This document shows, piece by piece, positions 1 to 8,387 of a stretch of DNA of 32,000 nucleotides. Every line of letters starts with the position of its first letter. The stretch's first letter is position 1. The notes beneath the pieces are model-generated. The model ran no database searches. It was not told the origin of the DNA and worked only from the letters and a program-made list of their open reading frames with translations. The translations under genes and the position numbers were made by a program. Source of the stretch: Geobacter sulfurreducens PCA. GTDB taxonomy: Bacteria > Desulfobacterota > Desulfuromonadia > Geobacterales > Geobacteraceae. The stretch lies in NCBI RefSeq assembly GCF_000007985.2, contig NC_002939.5:3450001-3482000 (forward strand). Direction: 5' to 3'.

Positions 1-658
1 GGAACTCCTGGATGGTCATGGACATGCCCCGCTTGAGGAGCACCGGGCGCCGAAGCTGCCCCACCTTCTTGAGCAGGGCAAAGTTCTGGGCATTGCGGGC
101 TCCGATCTGGAGAATGTCGGAGTACTCGGACACCAGTTCGGCCGTCTCGGGATTGACCACCTCGGTCACGATGGGGAGACCCGTCTCCTCGCGCGCCTTG
201 GCCAGCAGCTTGAGCCCTTCCTCTTCGAGTCCCTGGAAGGAGTAGGGAGAGGTGCGCGGCTTGAACGCTCCGCCCCGAAGCACCTGGGCGCCGGCCGCCT
301 TTACCGCCCTGGCCGTCTCGATAATCATGGCCTCTCCCTCGACCGAACAGGGACCGGCCATGACAATGACTTCAGGGCCGCCGATGACCACGGTATCCGT
401 AATGGCGACAACACTCGGTTCGGGCTTCACCTCCCTTGATGCCAGCTTGTACGGCTTCAGGATCGGCACCACGCTCTCCACGCCGTGCATGGATTCGACG
501 CCCTGAAGGACCAACTTGCCCCGCTCGTCCCCCACGGCCCCGATCACGTCCCGCGTGGTGCCATGGATGACATGGGGCTTGTAGCCCAGCTCCCTGATCC
601 GCCTGATTACCTCGTCCCGGTCTTTTTTTGCCGCTCCCGCTTTCATGACGATGATCAT
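1..658 (-). CDS. aroF: 3-deoxy-7-phosphoheptulonate (DAHP) synthase, class I-beta, with N-terminal ferredoxin-like regulatory domain. Partial: the 3' end lies outside the window.
   Basis: Not in the ORF track because it runs off the window edge. My reverse-strand translation from the ATG at 658 reads MIIVMKAGAAKKDRDEVIRRIRELGYKPHVIHGTTRDVIGAVGDERG...VIVMAGPCSVEGEAMIIETARAVKAAGAQVLRGGAFKPRTSPYSFQGLEEEGLKLLAKAREETGLPIVTEV...ILQIGARNAQNF. These are the characteristic motifs of the KDO8PS-like DAHPS family (Thermotoga/Bacillus type). RBS GGAGGAAGGG sits immediately upstream. Confidence 0.9.
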   Translation of the reverse strand, partial: MIIVMKAGAAKKDRDEVIRRIRELGYKPHVIHGTTRDVIGAVGDERGKLVLQGVESMHGVESVVPILKPYKLASREVKPEPSVVAITDTVVIGGPEVIVMAGPCSVEGEAMIIETARAVKAAGAQVLRGGAFKPRTSPYSFQGLEEEGLKLLAKAREETGLPIVTEVVNPETAELVSEYSDILQIGARNAQNFALLKKVGQLRRPVLLKRGMSMTIQEF

Positions 659-680
659 CCCTTCCTCCCGTGGTGTCCCG

Positions 681-714
681 AAAGACAAAAGGCCGGAGGA
701 TTTCTCCCCCGGCC
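681..714 (-). terminator. Leader terminator/attenuator hairpin B, about 23 nt upstream of the aroF start.
   Basis: Minus-strand RNA is GGCCGGGG-gagaaauc-CUCCGGCC, an 8-bp stem with one G-U pair, followed by UUUUGUCUUU. It lies in a divergent intergenic region, so it cannot be the terminator of an upstream gene. Confidence 0.6.
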
Positions 715-738
715 CAGTGGTGCTGCAGTATTGGTCTT

Positions 739-780
739 GAAAACTGAAAAGCCGGGGGTGGTTTCCTGTCCACCCTCGGC
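739..780 (-). terminator. Leader terminator/attenuator hairpin A, about 30 nt downstream of the leader-peptide stop.
   Basis: Minus-strand RNA is GCCGAGGGUGG-acaggaaa-CCACCCCCGGC, giving 10 bp plus one A.C mismatch, followed by UUUUCAGUUUUC. Confidence 0.6.
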
Positions 781-810
781 TTCCGGTTTAGTGTATGGTG
801 TGTGCTTCCC

Positions 811-903
811 CTACGACAAACCCCTACCCTGGGCAGACGGCCTAAAATAAAAGCCGTACCAAAAGTAAAAGCTCTCGTAGAAGTAGAAGCCCGAATTCAT
901 CAT
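811..903 (-). CDS. Aromatic-amino-acid leader peptide, 30 aa: MMNSGFYFYESFYFWYGFYFRPSAQGRGLS.
   Basis: Hand translation of the reverse complement of 811-903, from ATGATG to TAG. Residues 6-20 contain 6 Phe, 5 Tyr and 1 Trp, so 12 of 15 are aromatic. It sits in the 5' leader of the DAHP synthase gene and is followed by two hairpin plus U-tract elements. No strong SD is visible and the transcript may be nearly leaderless. Confidence 0.7.
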   Translation of the reverse strand: MMNSGFYFYESFYFWYGFYFRPSAQGRGLS

Positions 904-907
904 GAAT

Positions 908-940
908 CGTATAGTTGCCGATCCGGCAGGACATTGTCAA
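908..940 (-). promoter_or_regulatory. Putative sigma-70 promoter for the leader-aroF transcript.
   Basis: Perfect -35 hexamer TTGACA (complement of 935-940). Only weak -10 candidates follow (AACTAT at 18-nt spacing), about 6-8 nt before the leader ATG. Confidence 0.4.
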
Positions 941-1143
941 GCATTAATTCGTAATGGATACGCCATTGGTTCGATTTCTGCTTTATTCTTTCCAGGTGCC
1001 TCGTCGCAACGGGACATTAACGCATTTTCAACCACTTAACCACGCACAGCCGAACAAGACACTCACGACTGAGACCATGCCGAGGCAACCGGTGGTTATA
1101 GTTTAGGCACCCGTGACGGCCCGGCAGGAAGGAGCATCCAGAC

Positions 1144-1578
1144 ATGAGAACAGCTCAATCGGGCGACATCGTCTTCATTCACTACATCGGTACCCTGGAC
1201 AACGGCAGAATCTTCGACAGCACCACCGACGAGGCGCCACTGCGCTTCACCATTGGCAAAAACGAAATCTTTCCCGCCCTGGAGCGCCAAATCATCGGCA
1301 TGCGGCCGGGCGAGGCCAGGAACATCCTGATCGCCGCCGCAGACGCCTATGGTCCGCGCCGGGCGGAAAACATGCTGACCCTGGGGCGGGACTCCTTCCC
1401 CGCGGACCGTCCCATCTCGGTTGGTCAGAAACTGCGCCTTGAGTTCAACGGCAGCGCCGAGCGGGTCATGCTTGTGGTGGAGGTGACCGACGCCCATGTG
1501 GTTCTGGATGGTAATCATCCCCTGGCCGGTTGCGACCTGACCTTTGCGCTCCGGCTCGACGGAATCGAAAACGCCTGA
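1144..1578 (+). CDS. FKBP-type peptidyl-prolyl cis-trans isomerase (SlyD/SlpA-like, with insert-in-flap region).
   Basis: 144 aa. Reads GDIVFIHYIGTLDNGRIFDST...PLRFTIGKNEIFPALERQIIGMRPGE...VVLDGNHPLAGCDLTFALRL. AGGAG RBS lies 8 nt upstream of the ATG at 1144. Confidence 0.88.
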   Translation: MRTAQSGDIVFIHYIGTLDNGRIFDSTTDEAPLRFTIGKNEIFPALERQIIGMRPGEARNILIAAADAYGPRRAENMLTLGRDSFPADRPISVGQKLRLEFNGSAERVMLVVEVTDAHVVLDGNHPLAGCDLTFALRLDGIENA

Positions 1579-1672
1579 GCGGGCTATGGTCCGGCAACGG
1601 TGACCGCTCGATTAATTCGTTGCCCGCCGTCGGCAGCTGTGTTAACTGTTTCACCGGAACAAGGAGAAGACG

Positions 1673-2881
1673 ATGGGAGCTCTACGCTGCGTCGTCGGCC
1701 CTGAATCGGTGAGAATGCTGCAGTTGGGGCATCCCTGGATCATAGCCGACGCCTATACGAAAAAGTGGCCCGCCGGCTCGGCCGGCGATCTGGTGGAACT
1801 GGTGGATGCCTCGGGGCGTTTTCTCGCAACGGCCCTGCTGGACCCGGGCGAGCGCATTGTGGCGCGGGTACTGGGAGGGAAAGGACTCCGCCTTGGAGAA
1901 AGGTGGCTGGCACAACGGTTGGAAGACGCCCTGGAGCTGCGGCGGTCCCATGTCCCCCTTGAGGAGACCGATGCCTACCGGCTTGTGAACGGCGAAGGGG
2001 ACGGTCTGCCGGGCATCACGGTGGACCGCTACGGCGACTACCTGATGGTTCAGCTTTACTGCGGGGGGTGGCGACCGCACCTGCCGGAACTGACCCGGGT
2101 GCTGGCCGGGGCCCTGAAACCGGCCGGCATCTATGAAAAAACCCGCCCCCGCAACACGCGGGAGCTGGAAGCGGTTAGCGACACCAAGCGTTATGGGCGG
2201 CTCCTGGCCGGGACATCCGCACCGCCACGGCTGCCCGTGCGGGAAAACGGTCTGACCTTTCTGGTCGAACTGGAGCGGGGTCTGAACACCGGCCTTTTCC
2301 TGGACCAGCGCGCCAACCGCCGCCAGTTAATGGCCCGGACCGCCGGCAAGCGGGTGCTCAATCTCTTCGCCTATACCGGCGCCTTTTCCGTGGCAGCCGC
2401 GGCGGGCGGAGCGAGCCGCGTGACAAGCGTGGATGCCTCTCCCACCTACACCGACTGGGCAAAGGCCCATTTCGAGGCAAACCGCCTCAATCCCAAGCGC
2501 CACGAATTCATTGTGGGCGACTGCATGGACACCCTGGCGGAGCTCGCCCGCCGGCAGGAGCGTTTCGACATCGTCCTGATGGACCCCCCTTCCTTCTCAA
2601 CCACGTCGAAAAGCCGCTTCACCACGCGCGGCGGCACCTCTGACCTTGTTGCCGCTTCGCTTCCCCTGCTGGCGGAAGGTGGGCTCCTGATCACCTCATC
2701 CAACCACCAGAAGGTGGATATGGCCGACTACCTCAAGGAATTGCGCCGCGGAGCGCTCCAGGCAGGCAGCACCGTGCGCGTGATCTCCCTGGCCGGCCAG
2801 CCTGAAGATTTCCCCTACCCGGTCACTTTTCCCGAAGGGCGCTATCTGAAATATGTCGTCAGTGTCAAGGGAAGGACGTAA
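1673..2881 (+). CDS. Class I SAM-dependent rRNA (cytosine-C5) methyltransferase, RlmI-like, with PUA-like N-terminus.
   Basis: 402 aa. The layout is an N-terminal PUA-like region, then GLNTGLFLDQRANR, then VLNLFAYTGAFSVAAA (SAM motif I), then DIVLMDPPSF (motif IV). AAGGAG RBS precedes the ATG. Confidence 0.88.
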   Translation: MGALRCVVGPESVRMLQLGHPWIIADAYTKKWPAGSAGDLVELVDASGRFLATALLDPGERIVARVLGGKGLRLGERWLAQRLEDALELRRSHVPLEETDAYRLVNGEGDGLPGITVDRYGDYLMVQLYCGGWRPHLPELTRVLAGALKPAGIYEKTRPRNTRELEAVSDTKRYGRLLAGTSAPPRLPVRENGLTFLVELERGLNTGLFLDQRANRRQLMARTAGKRVLNLFAYTGAFSVAAAAGGASRVTSVDASPTYTDWAKAHFEANRLNPKRHEFIVGDCMDTLAELARRQERFDIVLMDPPSFSTTSKSRFTTRGGTSDLVAASLPLLAEGGLLITSSNHQKVDMADYLKELRRGALQAGSTVRVISLAGQPEDFPYPVTFPEGRYLKYVVSVKGRT

Positions 2882-2897
2882 CGGGTGCGTTACGTCC
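2874..2897. terminator. Perfect 9-bp inverted repeat between the convergent rlmI-like and MOSC genes.
   Basis: GGACGTAAC-gggtgc-GTTACGTCC, overlapping the rlmI-like stop codon. No U-tract on either side, so function as an intrinsic terminator is uncertain. Confidence 0.35.
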
Positions 2898-3003
2898 CGT
2901 GGGCTATCGCGGGGCAAGAGAACCGGCGGGTGCAGGACCGACAGGGCACATGAAAAGTCGCACCCAGAAGGGGATTGCGGGCGGAAACTGGTCGGAGGTA
3001 ATG

Positions 3004-3438
3004 CTAGGGCACCCGGACGATTACATCCCCCGGCCTCACCGCCCCCCCTGTCAGAACCCGGGCAAAAATGCCCTCCTTGGGCATGACGCAGTCGCCGGCC
3101 TGATAGTAGATGGCACAGCGGGTGTGGCATTCCTTGCCGATCTGGGTGACTTCGAGGAGCGTCTCCCCCACCGTCAAACGCGCCCCCACCGGTAGCGCCG
3201 GCAGGTCGATCCCCTCGGTGGTGATGTTCTCGGCAAAATCGCCGCTATCCACGTCGAGCCCCATGGCCCGCATCTTGTCGATGCTCTCCTTGGCCAGAAG
3301 GCTCACCTGGCGGTGCCAGTCGCCGGCATGGGCGTCGCCCACAACACCGTGGTTCTCCCGCAACTCCACGCCCGTCACCGGCGTCTTGCGCTCCCCCTTG
3401 TTCCTGCTGATACAGACGGCAACTACTCTCGCTGACAT
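3004..3438 (-). CDS. MOSC domain-containing protein.
   Basis: MSARVVAVCISRNKGERKTPV...GDAHAGDWHRQVSLL...GENITTEGIDL...IGKECHTRCAIY...GIFARVL, a typical small MOSC beta-barrel protein. Start placed at the ATG at 3438 rather than the ORF-track start at 3519, because the latter would overlap moaA. Confidence 0.85.
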   Translation of the reverse strand: MSARVVAVCISRNKGERKTPVTGVELRENHGVVGDAHAGDWHRQVSLLAKESIDKMRAMGLDVDSGDFAENITTEGIDLPALPVGARLTVGETLLEVTQIGKECHTRCAIYYQAGDCVMPKEGIFARVLTGGAVRPGDVIVRVP

Positions 3439-3470
3439 GAAACCCTCTCGTTGTGGTGCTTCCGGCACTG

Positions 3471-4451
3471 TTATCCGCCGATCTTCGCCATGGAAAACGC
3501 CTGGTGCTCCGCTTTGCATGCGCTCATGCCGTGGCGCTCGGGCTTGACCCCCACGATTCGCCGCAGCGCCTCCTGAAGGATAATCGGATCGCTGGTTTCG
3601 AGGAACGGACGCAGGTCGAACCCTTCATCCGAGAAGAGACAGCTCTTGGCCATGCCGGTCGAGGTGACCCTGACGCGGTTACAATCGCCGCAGAAGTGCC
3701 CGGAAACGGCGGTTATCACGCCGAGTGTCCCGGCAGCGCCACGAATCCTGAAATCCCTGGACGGTCCGGCACATGCCCCTTTCTCCACCGGCTCCAGCTC
3801 GTACGATGCGGAGATCCGGTCGAGGATTTCCCGGCCAGGCACCGTCAGGGACTGCCAGTTGTTCTCCCGCGTGGCCGGCATGTACTCGATGAAACGCACC
3901 GTGCAGGGACGGTCAATGGTGAGGCGGGCAAAATCGGCCACTTCACCGTCATTGACACCGCGCATGACCACCATATTGATCTTGGGAGGAGGAAAACCGG
4001 CCGCGTCGGCGGCGGCGATGCCGTCGAGCACCCGTTGCAGCTCTCCGATCCTGGTGATGGCCCGGAAGGTGTCGGCCCTGAGCGAGTCAAGGCTGATGTT
4101 GAGCCGCTGGACACCCGCGCTCCGGAGATCGGCCGCCATCTCCGGCAACAAGAGACCATTGGTAGTGAGGACCAGCTGCCGAAGCCCCTCAATGGCGGCA
4201 ATGCGGGCCAGGAACGGCACGATTCCCTTGCGGACCAGGGGTTCGCCGCCGGTGATCCGGATCTTCTCGATGCCTATGGCAACGGCGGCCCGGGCAATGC
4301 GGAAAAGGTCCTCGTAGGAAAGGATGTCGCCATGGGCGAGCTTTTCCACCCCCTCGGCCGGCATGCAGTAACTGCAGCGGAGATTGCACCTGTCGGTGAC
4401 CGAGAGGCGGAGATAGTTGATGCGGCGACCAAAGCTGTCAATGAGTTCCAT
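3471..4451 (-). CDS. moaA: GTP 3',8-cyclase MoaA (radical SAM, molybdenum cofactor biosynthesis).
   Basis: MELIDSFGRRINYLRLSVTDRCNLRCSYCMP (CxxxCxxC radical-SAM cluster) with a C-terminal second cluster in SGHFCGDCNRVRVTSTG. Start set at the ATG at 4451. The ORF-track TTG at 4541 and the ATG at 4484 are alternatives. Confidence 0.93.
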   Translation of the reverse strand: MELIDSFGRRINYLRLSVTDRCNLRCSYCMPAEGVEKLAHGDILSYEDLFRIARAAVAIGIEKIRITGGEPLVRKGIVPFLARIAAIEGLRQLVLTTNGLLLPEMAADLRSAGVQRLNISLDSLRADTFRAITRIGELQRVLDGIAAADAAGFPPPKINMVVMRGVNDGEVADFARLTIDRPCTVRFIEYMPATRENNWQSLTVPGREILDRISASYELEPVEKGACAGPSRDFRIRGAAGTLGVITAVSGHFCGDCNRVRVTSTGMAKSCLFSDEGFDLRPFLETSDPIILQEALRRIVGVKPERHGMSACKAEHQAFSMAKIGG

Positions 4452-4537
4452 GGGAAATCCAGGCGAAAAGGTACGACGTTGCATTTTTGTTACTATAGCA
4501 GAATGACCCGTGATAGAGGTGAGCGTATACGGAACCG

Positions 4538-5650
4538 TCAACTCCGTTGCGTAAGAAACCGCTCCTCCACGAAGTCTGCCACCTGCTTCGGATCATTCAG
4601 GTCCAGGACCGGCACGTCCAGCTCCAGGGGCTCGTCGCTCGCCACCGCCAGCAGCGTCGGGTCATGCTGCTCGCCCCGGCAGAGCAGCGTTGTGCTCCGC
4701 TCCCGGCGGTGTACCTCGATCTTGGGAAGGCCGCTCTTCTTGAACCCCTCGGTTATGATGATGTCAACATCGCCGAAGTAGGTGGCGATCAACTCCTCGA
4801 TGGGCGGAGAAACCTCGTGCTTCTTCACCACGGCCAGCTTTTCGGGCGAAGAGATGAGCATTGTGTCAGCCCCGGCAGCAGTAAGGCGATAGCTGTCCTT
4901 GCCCGGGTGATCGATATCGAAGCGGTGGGCGTCGTGCTTGATGGCGCCGACCCGATAGCCGCGGGACTTCAACTCGGCGATGACCTTCTCCAGAAGCGTG
5001 GTTTTGCCGGTCCCGGACTTTGCCACGAACGATATGGCCTTGGCCATTGGTGCCTCCTCCCGTTGCCTGATGTGCTCGAACTCTGATGGCGTATTGACAT
5101 TGACGAACGTCCGTTCCGGGGCAGCGAGACCGGCCAGTTCCGCCATCGTAACCTGACGGGTCCGCACCTCGGGGTAGAAATCGTAGATTCGGCAGTTTCC
5201 CTGCCGCAGCATCCGTTCCACCGCCGGAAGACAACCCGTGCCGTACACGGCGAAGAGGGGTTCGAATCCTCCGTCGGTGCGCGGCACCACCACGTCGTAA
5301 CCTGACCGCAGGGAGCAAAGATGCGCGATTACCCGGGAATCGGGCCACGGCACGTCACATGCCGCAACGAACACGTACGGCGTCCCGGCCCGGGCGAGGC
5401 CCGTGTGGAGACCACCAAGGGCGCTGCCGGGGTGAATATCGGAAATCACCTCTACACCGAACTCCCGAAAGCGCTCCCCCCGGTCGCCCACCAGCACGGT
5501 CCGGGCAAAAACCCGGCGGAAGGCTTCGATCACTCGCGCCACAAGAGGCGCACCACCCAGGGAGAGGAGAGCCTTGTCACGCCCCATGCGGCGGCTCCGG
5601 CCGCCCACGAGGATTACGCCGGTCACGTCGGAGAGGAGAGCATTGTCCAT
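4538..5650 (-). CDS. mobA: Bifunctional MobA-MobB fusion: molybdenum cofactor guanylyltransferase plus MGD biosynthesis adapter.
   Basis: The N-terminal half has GVILVGGRSRRMGRDKALL (MobA). The C-terminal half has ISFVAKSGTGKTTLLEKVI...GAIKHDAH (MobB Walker A). The frame is continuous with no stop between them. Start placed at the ATG at 5650 (MDNALLSD). Confidence 0.88.
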   Translation of the reverse strand: MDNALLSDVTGVILVGGRSRRMGRDKALLSLGGAPLVARVIEAFRRVFARTVLVGDRGERFREFGVEVISDIHPGSALGGLHTGLARAGTPYVFVAACDVPWPDSRVIAHLCSLRSGYDVVVPRTDGGFEPLFAVYGTGCLPAVERMLRQGNCRIYDFYPEVRTRQVTMAELAGLAAPERTFVNVNTPSEFEHIRQREEAPMAKAISFVAKSGTGKTTLLEKVIAELKSRGYRVGAIKHDAHRFDIDHPGKDSYRLTAAGADTMLISSPEKLAVVKKHEVSPPIEELIATYFGDVDIIITEGFKKSGLPKIEVHRRERSTTLLCRGEQHDPTLLAVASDEPLELDVPVLDLNDPKQVADFVEERFLTQRS

Positions 5651-5682
5651 GAACGGATTGTACGGGGGCGACGGTCGAAGAG

Positions 5683-7698
5683 TCAAAGGGCAATGTAGAA
5701 TACGGCGCCCCGACCCTCTTCGGCTTCGGCCCAGACCCGTCCGCCGTGGCGGCTCACAATCCTGTGCACGGTAGCCAAGCCGATGCCGGTCCCCTCGAAT
5801 TCATCGTCCCGGTGGAGCCGTTGGAAGGGCCGGAATAACTTGTCGACATACCGCATGTTGAAACCGGTGCCATTGTCCCGGATGAAGCAGGCAGTAACAC
5901 CGCCTACCTCTGCCGTGCCGAATTCGATGAGTGCCCGGGGGCGCATGCCGGTATACTTCAAGGCATTGCCCAGCAGGTTTTCCAGAGCGATCCGCAGCAA
6001 CTTCCGATCTCCCCGAACAGTGACGCCGGCGGCAATGGCAAACTCCACCGAGCGGGCTGCCTCCCGCTGCTGCAGCTCCTCCGCCACCTCAGCCACCAGG
6101 GCGCTCAGATCAATCTCCTCCCATACCAGTTCGCTGCGGGTTACCCGGTACAGAGCAAGCAGATCGTCGATCAACTCCCCCATCCGCACCGCTGCCGCGC
6201 CGATCCGGGAAAAATAGACCGGAGAGGGCGGCGGGAGGCGGTCGTCGCACTCCTCACGGATGACGGCGCAATAGCCGTTGATGGCCCGGAGTGGTGCCCG
6301 GAGGTCGTGGGCAACGGTATAGCAGAACGCCTCCAACTCCTGGTTGGCAACCTCCAGCAGGGCAGCCTGCCGTTGTTCCCGGGCCAGGTGCTCGGCGTTG
6401 TGAATGCTGATGCCGATCACCGGCGCAATCCCCATAAGGAGGCTCAGGTCGCTCTGGAGCAGCGGCCTGCCGGTGCGTATCGTATCCACCGCCAGTACGC
6501 CGAGGGATTGCCCCTCGCAAACAATGGGGCAGCTGATGAAGGAACGAATGCCCAGCCGGCGGCCCAACTCCCGATGCAGCGGCGGGATGAGATGATTAAT
6601 CTCATCAAGGTCGTTCACCAGGAATGGCTTCTGGTCGAGGAACGAAGCGGCCACGACGCCGCGGGGACCGACGCCGTCCAGCGCAATGGGCGTTTCGTGC
6701 ATGACCCGCCGACCCGCCTCGTCGAACCCGTAGCTGGCCAGCACCCTGAGAGCGCTCCCGCCGGCATCGGCCATCATGATCACGCCCCGGTCGTAGTCGA
6801 GCCGCTTCTCCAGTAGGACGGCAATAGCGGTCAGAATGTGCTCAATATCGCTCTTACTGCTGACCACCTGCCCGATTTCACTCACGAGCAGCGCATTGTC
6901 GCTGTTTGACTGAGACTGGCCGAGCAGCTTTTCGGTAGAATCCCGCAGGTTGTCGACGGCCGCGCTCAAATCCTTGTTCTCGGCCCGCTCGGCGGCAAGA
7001 AAAAACAGCAGGACCAGGGGAATGGCCACCGCTGCCACAACGGGGAACAGAGAGGGGCTCAGGAGAAGAGTGGCAAGCCCGAGGACCGTCCCGCCGAGGA
7101 GCCCCCAGCGGCGCACCGTCCGCCAGAGATCGGCATGCCCCTTAGGCCAGGAAATTATGTAGCGACAGACCCCTCCGCCCTGAAAAATGCACTCGGGATG
7201 CTCGATTTCCGGAAGACACCGGCTGAAGATAACGACAAGCGCCTCGAGGAATCCCGTGCGGTTGGCGCACTGGTATGGCCGCTCACTCACCCCCGGCCTG
7301 AAGCGAACCGTGACCTCGATCCTGTTGTCCCCGATCTTCCGGGACTCGAACGTCGACGACCGGGTGAAGAGGGCTGCCGTGCGGTTGAGGAGGGCATAGC
7401 CGAGGGCAGGCCCCACCAGTCCGAGGACGTACTGCCGTACAAGGCCGAGCGCTTCGGGCGATGCGGCGTAACGGCCCGCCTCGCGAGCGATGCCGGGGTT
7501 GCCGGTCATCCGCGTGAGCACCTCGTGAAAGCGATCCGCCTGCTGCTGGGTGAACCACTGGCCGGGGTCCGCGACCTCGTGCTCAGACATCCCGGCATGG
7601 CTGAGCACCTCATCGGTCCGAACGTGAGGATACCGTTGTGCGAGGAGCTTCAGATAGGTATCGAAGATCCTGCTGTTATAGAGGGGCGGGCTGTCCAT
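5683..7698 (-). CDS. Membrane-anchored sensor histidine kinase with an N-terminal V4R-like domain, TM segments, GAF, HisKA and HATPase_c domains.
   Basis: 671 aa. The N-terminal ~190 aa end in EHPECIFQGGGVCRYIISW, a V4R-like HxEC...G..C motif. A hydrophobic stretch follows (WGLLGGTVLGLATLLL...VAAVAIPLVLLFFLAA). Then come a GAF-like region, the H-box AHDLRAPLRAINGY, and G-boxes RDNGTGF and GTGIGLA. Confidence 0.85.
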   Translation of the reverse strand: MDSPPLYNSRIFDTYLKLLAQRYPHVRTDEVLSHAGMSEHEVADPGQWFTQQQADRFHEVLTRMTGNPGIAREAGRYAASPEALGLVRQYVLGLVGPALGYALLNRTAALFTRSSTFESRKIGDNRIEVTVRFRPGVSERPYQCANRTGFLEALVVIFSRCLPEIEHPECIFQGGGVCRYIISWPKGHADLWRTVRRWGLLGGTVLGLATLLLSPSLFPVVAAVAIPLVLLFFLAAERAENKDLSAAVDNLRDSTEKLLGQSQSNSDNALLVSEIGQVVSSKSDIEHILTAIAVLLEKRLDYDRGVIMMADAGGSALRVLASYGFDEAGRRVMHETPIALDGVGPRGVVAASFLDQKPFLVNDLDEINHLIPPLHRELGRRLGIRSFISCPIVCEGQSLGVLAVDTIRTGRPLLQSDLSLLMGIAPVIGISIHNAEHLAREQRQAALLEVANQELEAFCYTVAHDLRAPLRAINGYCAVIREECDDRLPPPSPVYFSRIGAAAVRMGELIDDLLALYRVTRSELVWEEIDLSALVAEVAEELQQREAARSVEFAIAAGVTVRGDRKLLRIALENLLGNALKYTGMRPRALIEFGTAEVGGVTACFIRDNGTGFNMRYVDKLFRPFQRLHRDDEFEGTGIGLATVHRIVSRHGGRVWAEAEEGRGAVFYIAL

Positions 7699-7819
7699 CG
7701 ATGACGCGCAACTCCGAAAACGCCGGCCGGATGATGGCGAGAGGAACGGCGGGGGTGTTGCGGTCGAGCTTACCGGAACCGGGGTATGCGGGCAAGCTTA
7801 TTTTACCGGGCCGGGCTCC

Positions 7820-8347
7820 TTACCACCACTGCTCCGGATAGTGTCGGTGCTGGACGATATTGTTGGTGAAGAGGGCCACCGTCAGCAGGATCAGCGCACC
7901 GGTCAGCACCGGGTCCACGAGAAAGGAGAGCCCGGCGTGCCCTTGGACGCCGATCAGGGCCGTGGCGCCACCGGGTGGATGGATGGTGCGGGTGAGGTAC
8001 ATGAGAAGGGTAGCCGCCCCCACTGCCAGGGCGACGGCAACGGGACCGGACCCGAGCCAGGCCGTCACCGCCACCGCGGTAACGGCGGAAACCAGGTGTC
8101 CCCCCACCAGGTTGCGGGGCTGGGCGAAAGGGGACTCGGCGGCCCCGAACAAAAGCACCGCCGATGCGCCGAAGGAGCCGATCAGCAGGGGATGGCCCGC
8201 CATGCGGGTCACCGCCATTATGGCAAGAACCCCTGCCATTCCGCTCACGCACCCCCACAGGGCGTATTTGAACGACAGGGGAGGACGCTCCCTGTTCCTC
8301 CCCTGCCCTTTCATCTTGCCGGGTAACCGGGTGATCCGTTTTTTCAA
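7820..8347 (-). CDS. HPP family membrane protein.
   Basis: 175 aa. Reads SFGASAVLLFGAAESPFAQPRNLVGGHL...TIHPPGGATALI, which includes the eponymous HPP motif, with 4 or more hydrophobic helices. The start is ambiguous: TTG at 8347 or ATG at 8314. Confidence 0.8.
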   Translation of the reverse strand: MKKRITRLPGKMKGQGRNRERPPLSFKYALWGCVSGMAGVLAIMAVTRMAGHPLLIGSFGASAVLLFGAAESPFAQPRNLVGGHLVSAVTAVAVTAWLGSGPVAVALAVGAATLLMYLTRTIHPPGGATALIGVQGHAGLSFLVDPVLTGALILLTVALFTNNIVQHRHYPEQWW

Positions 8348-8387
8348 GCGCGCACGGCCTCCATGCCTGGATCAATGAACGGCGCGA

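Noticed and set aside
4452-4537. Possible Moco riboswitch upstream of moaA.
   Set aside because: Only about 86 nt are available between the mobB stop and the moaA start, which is too short for the ~130-140 nt Moco motif. I could not see its conserved elements. moaA is probably co-transcribed with mobAB.
3453-4781. 442-aa plus-strand ORF overlapping moaA and the mobB end. Also the 343-aa ORF at 9770..10801 in an alternative frame of the polyferredoxin gene.
   Set aside because: Both overlap genes with diagnostic Cys-cluster motifs on the opposite strand or in another frame, and have no recognisable features of their own.
5014-5060. MobB as a separate gene starting at MAKAISF.
   Set aside because: There is no stop codon between the MobA and MobB portions, so the simplest reading is a fusion. 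Internal initiation cannot be excluded, but nothing in the sequence requires it.
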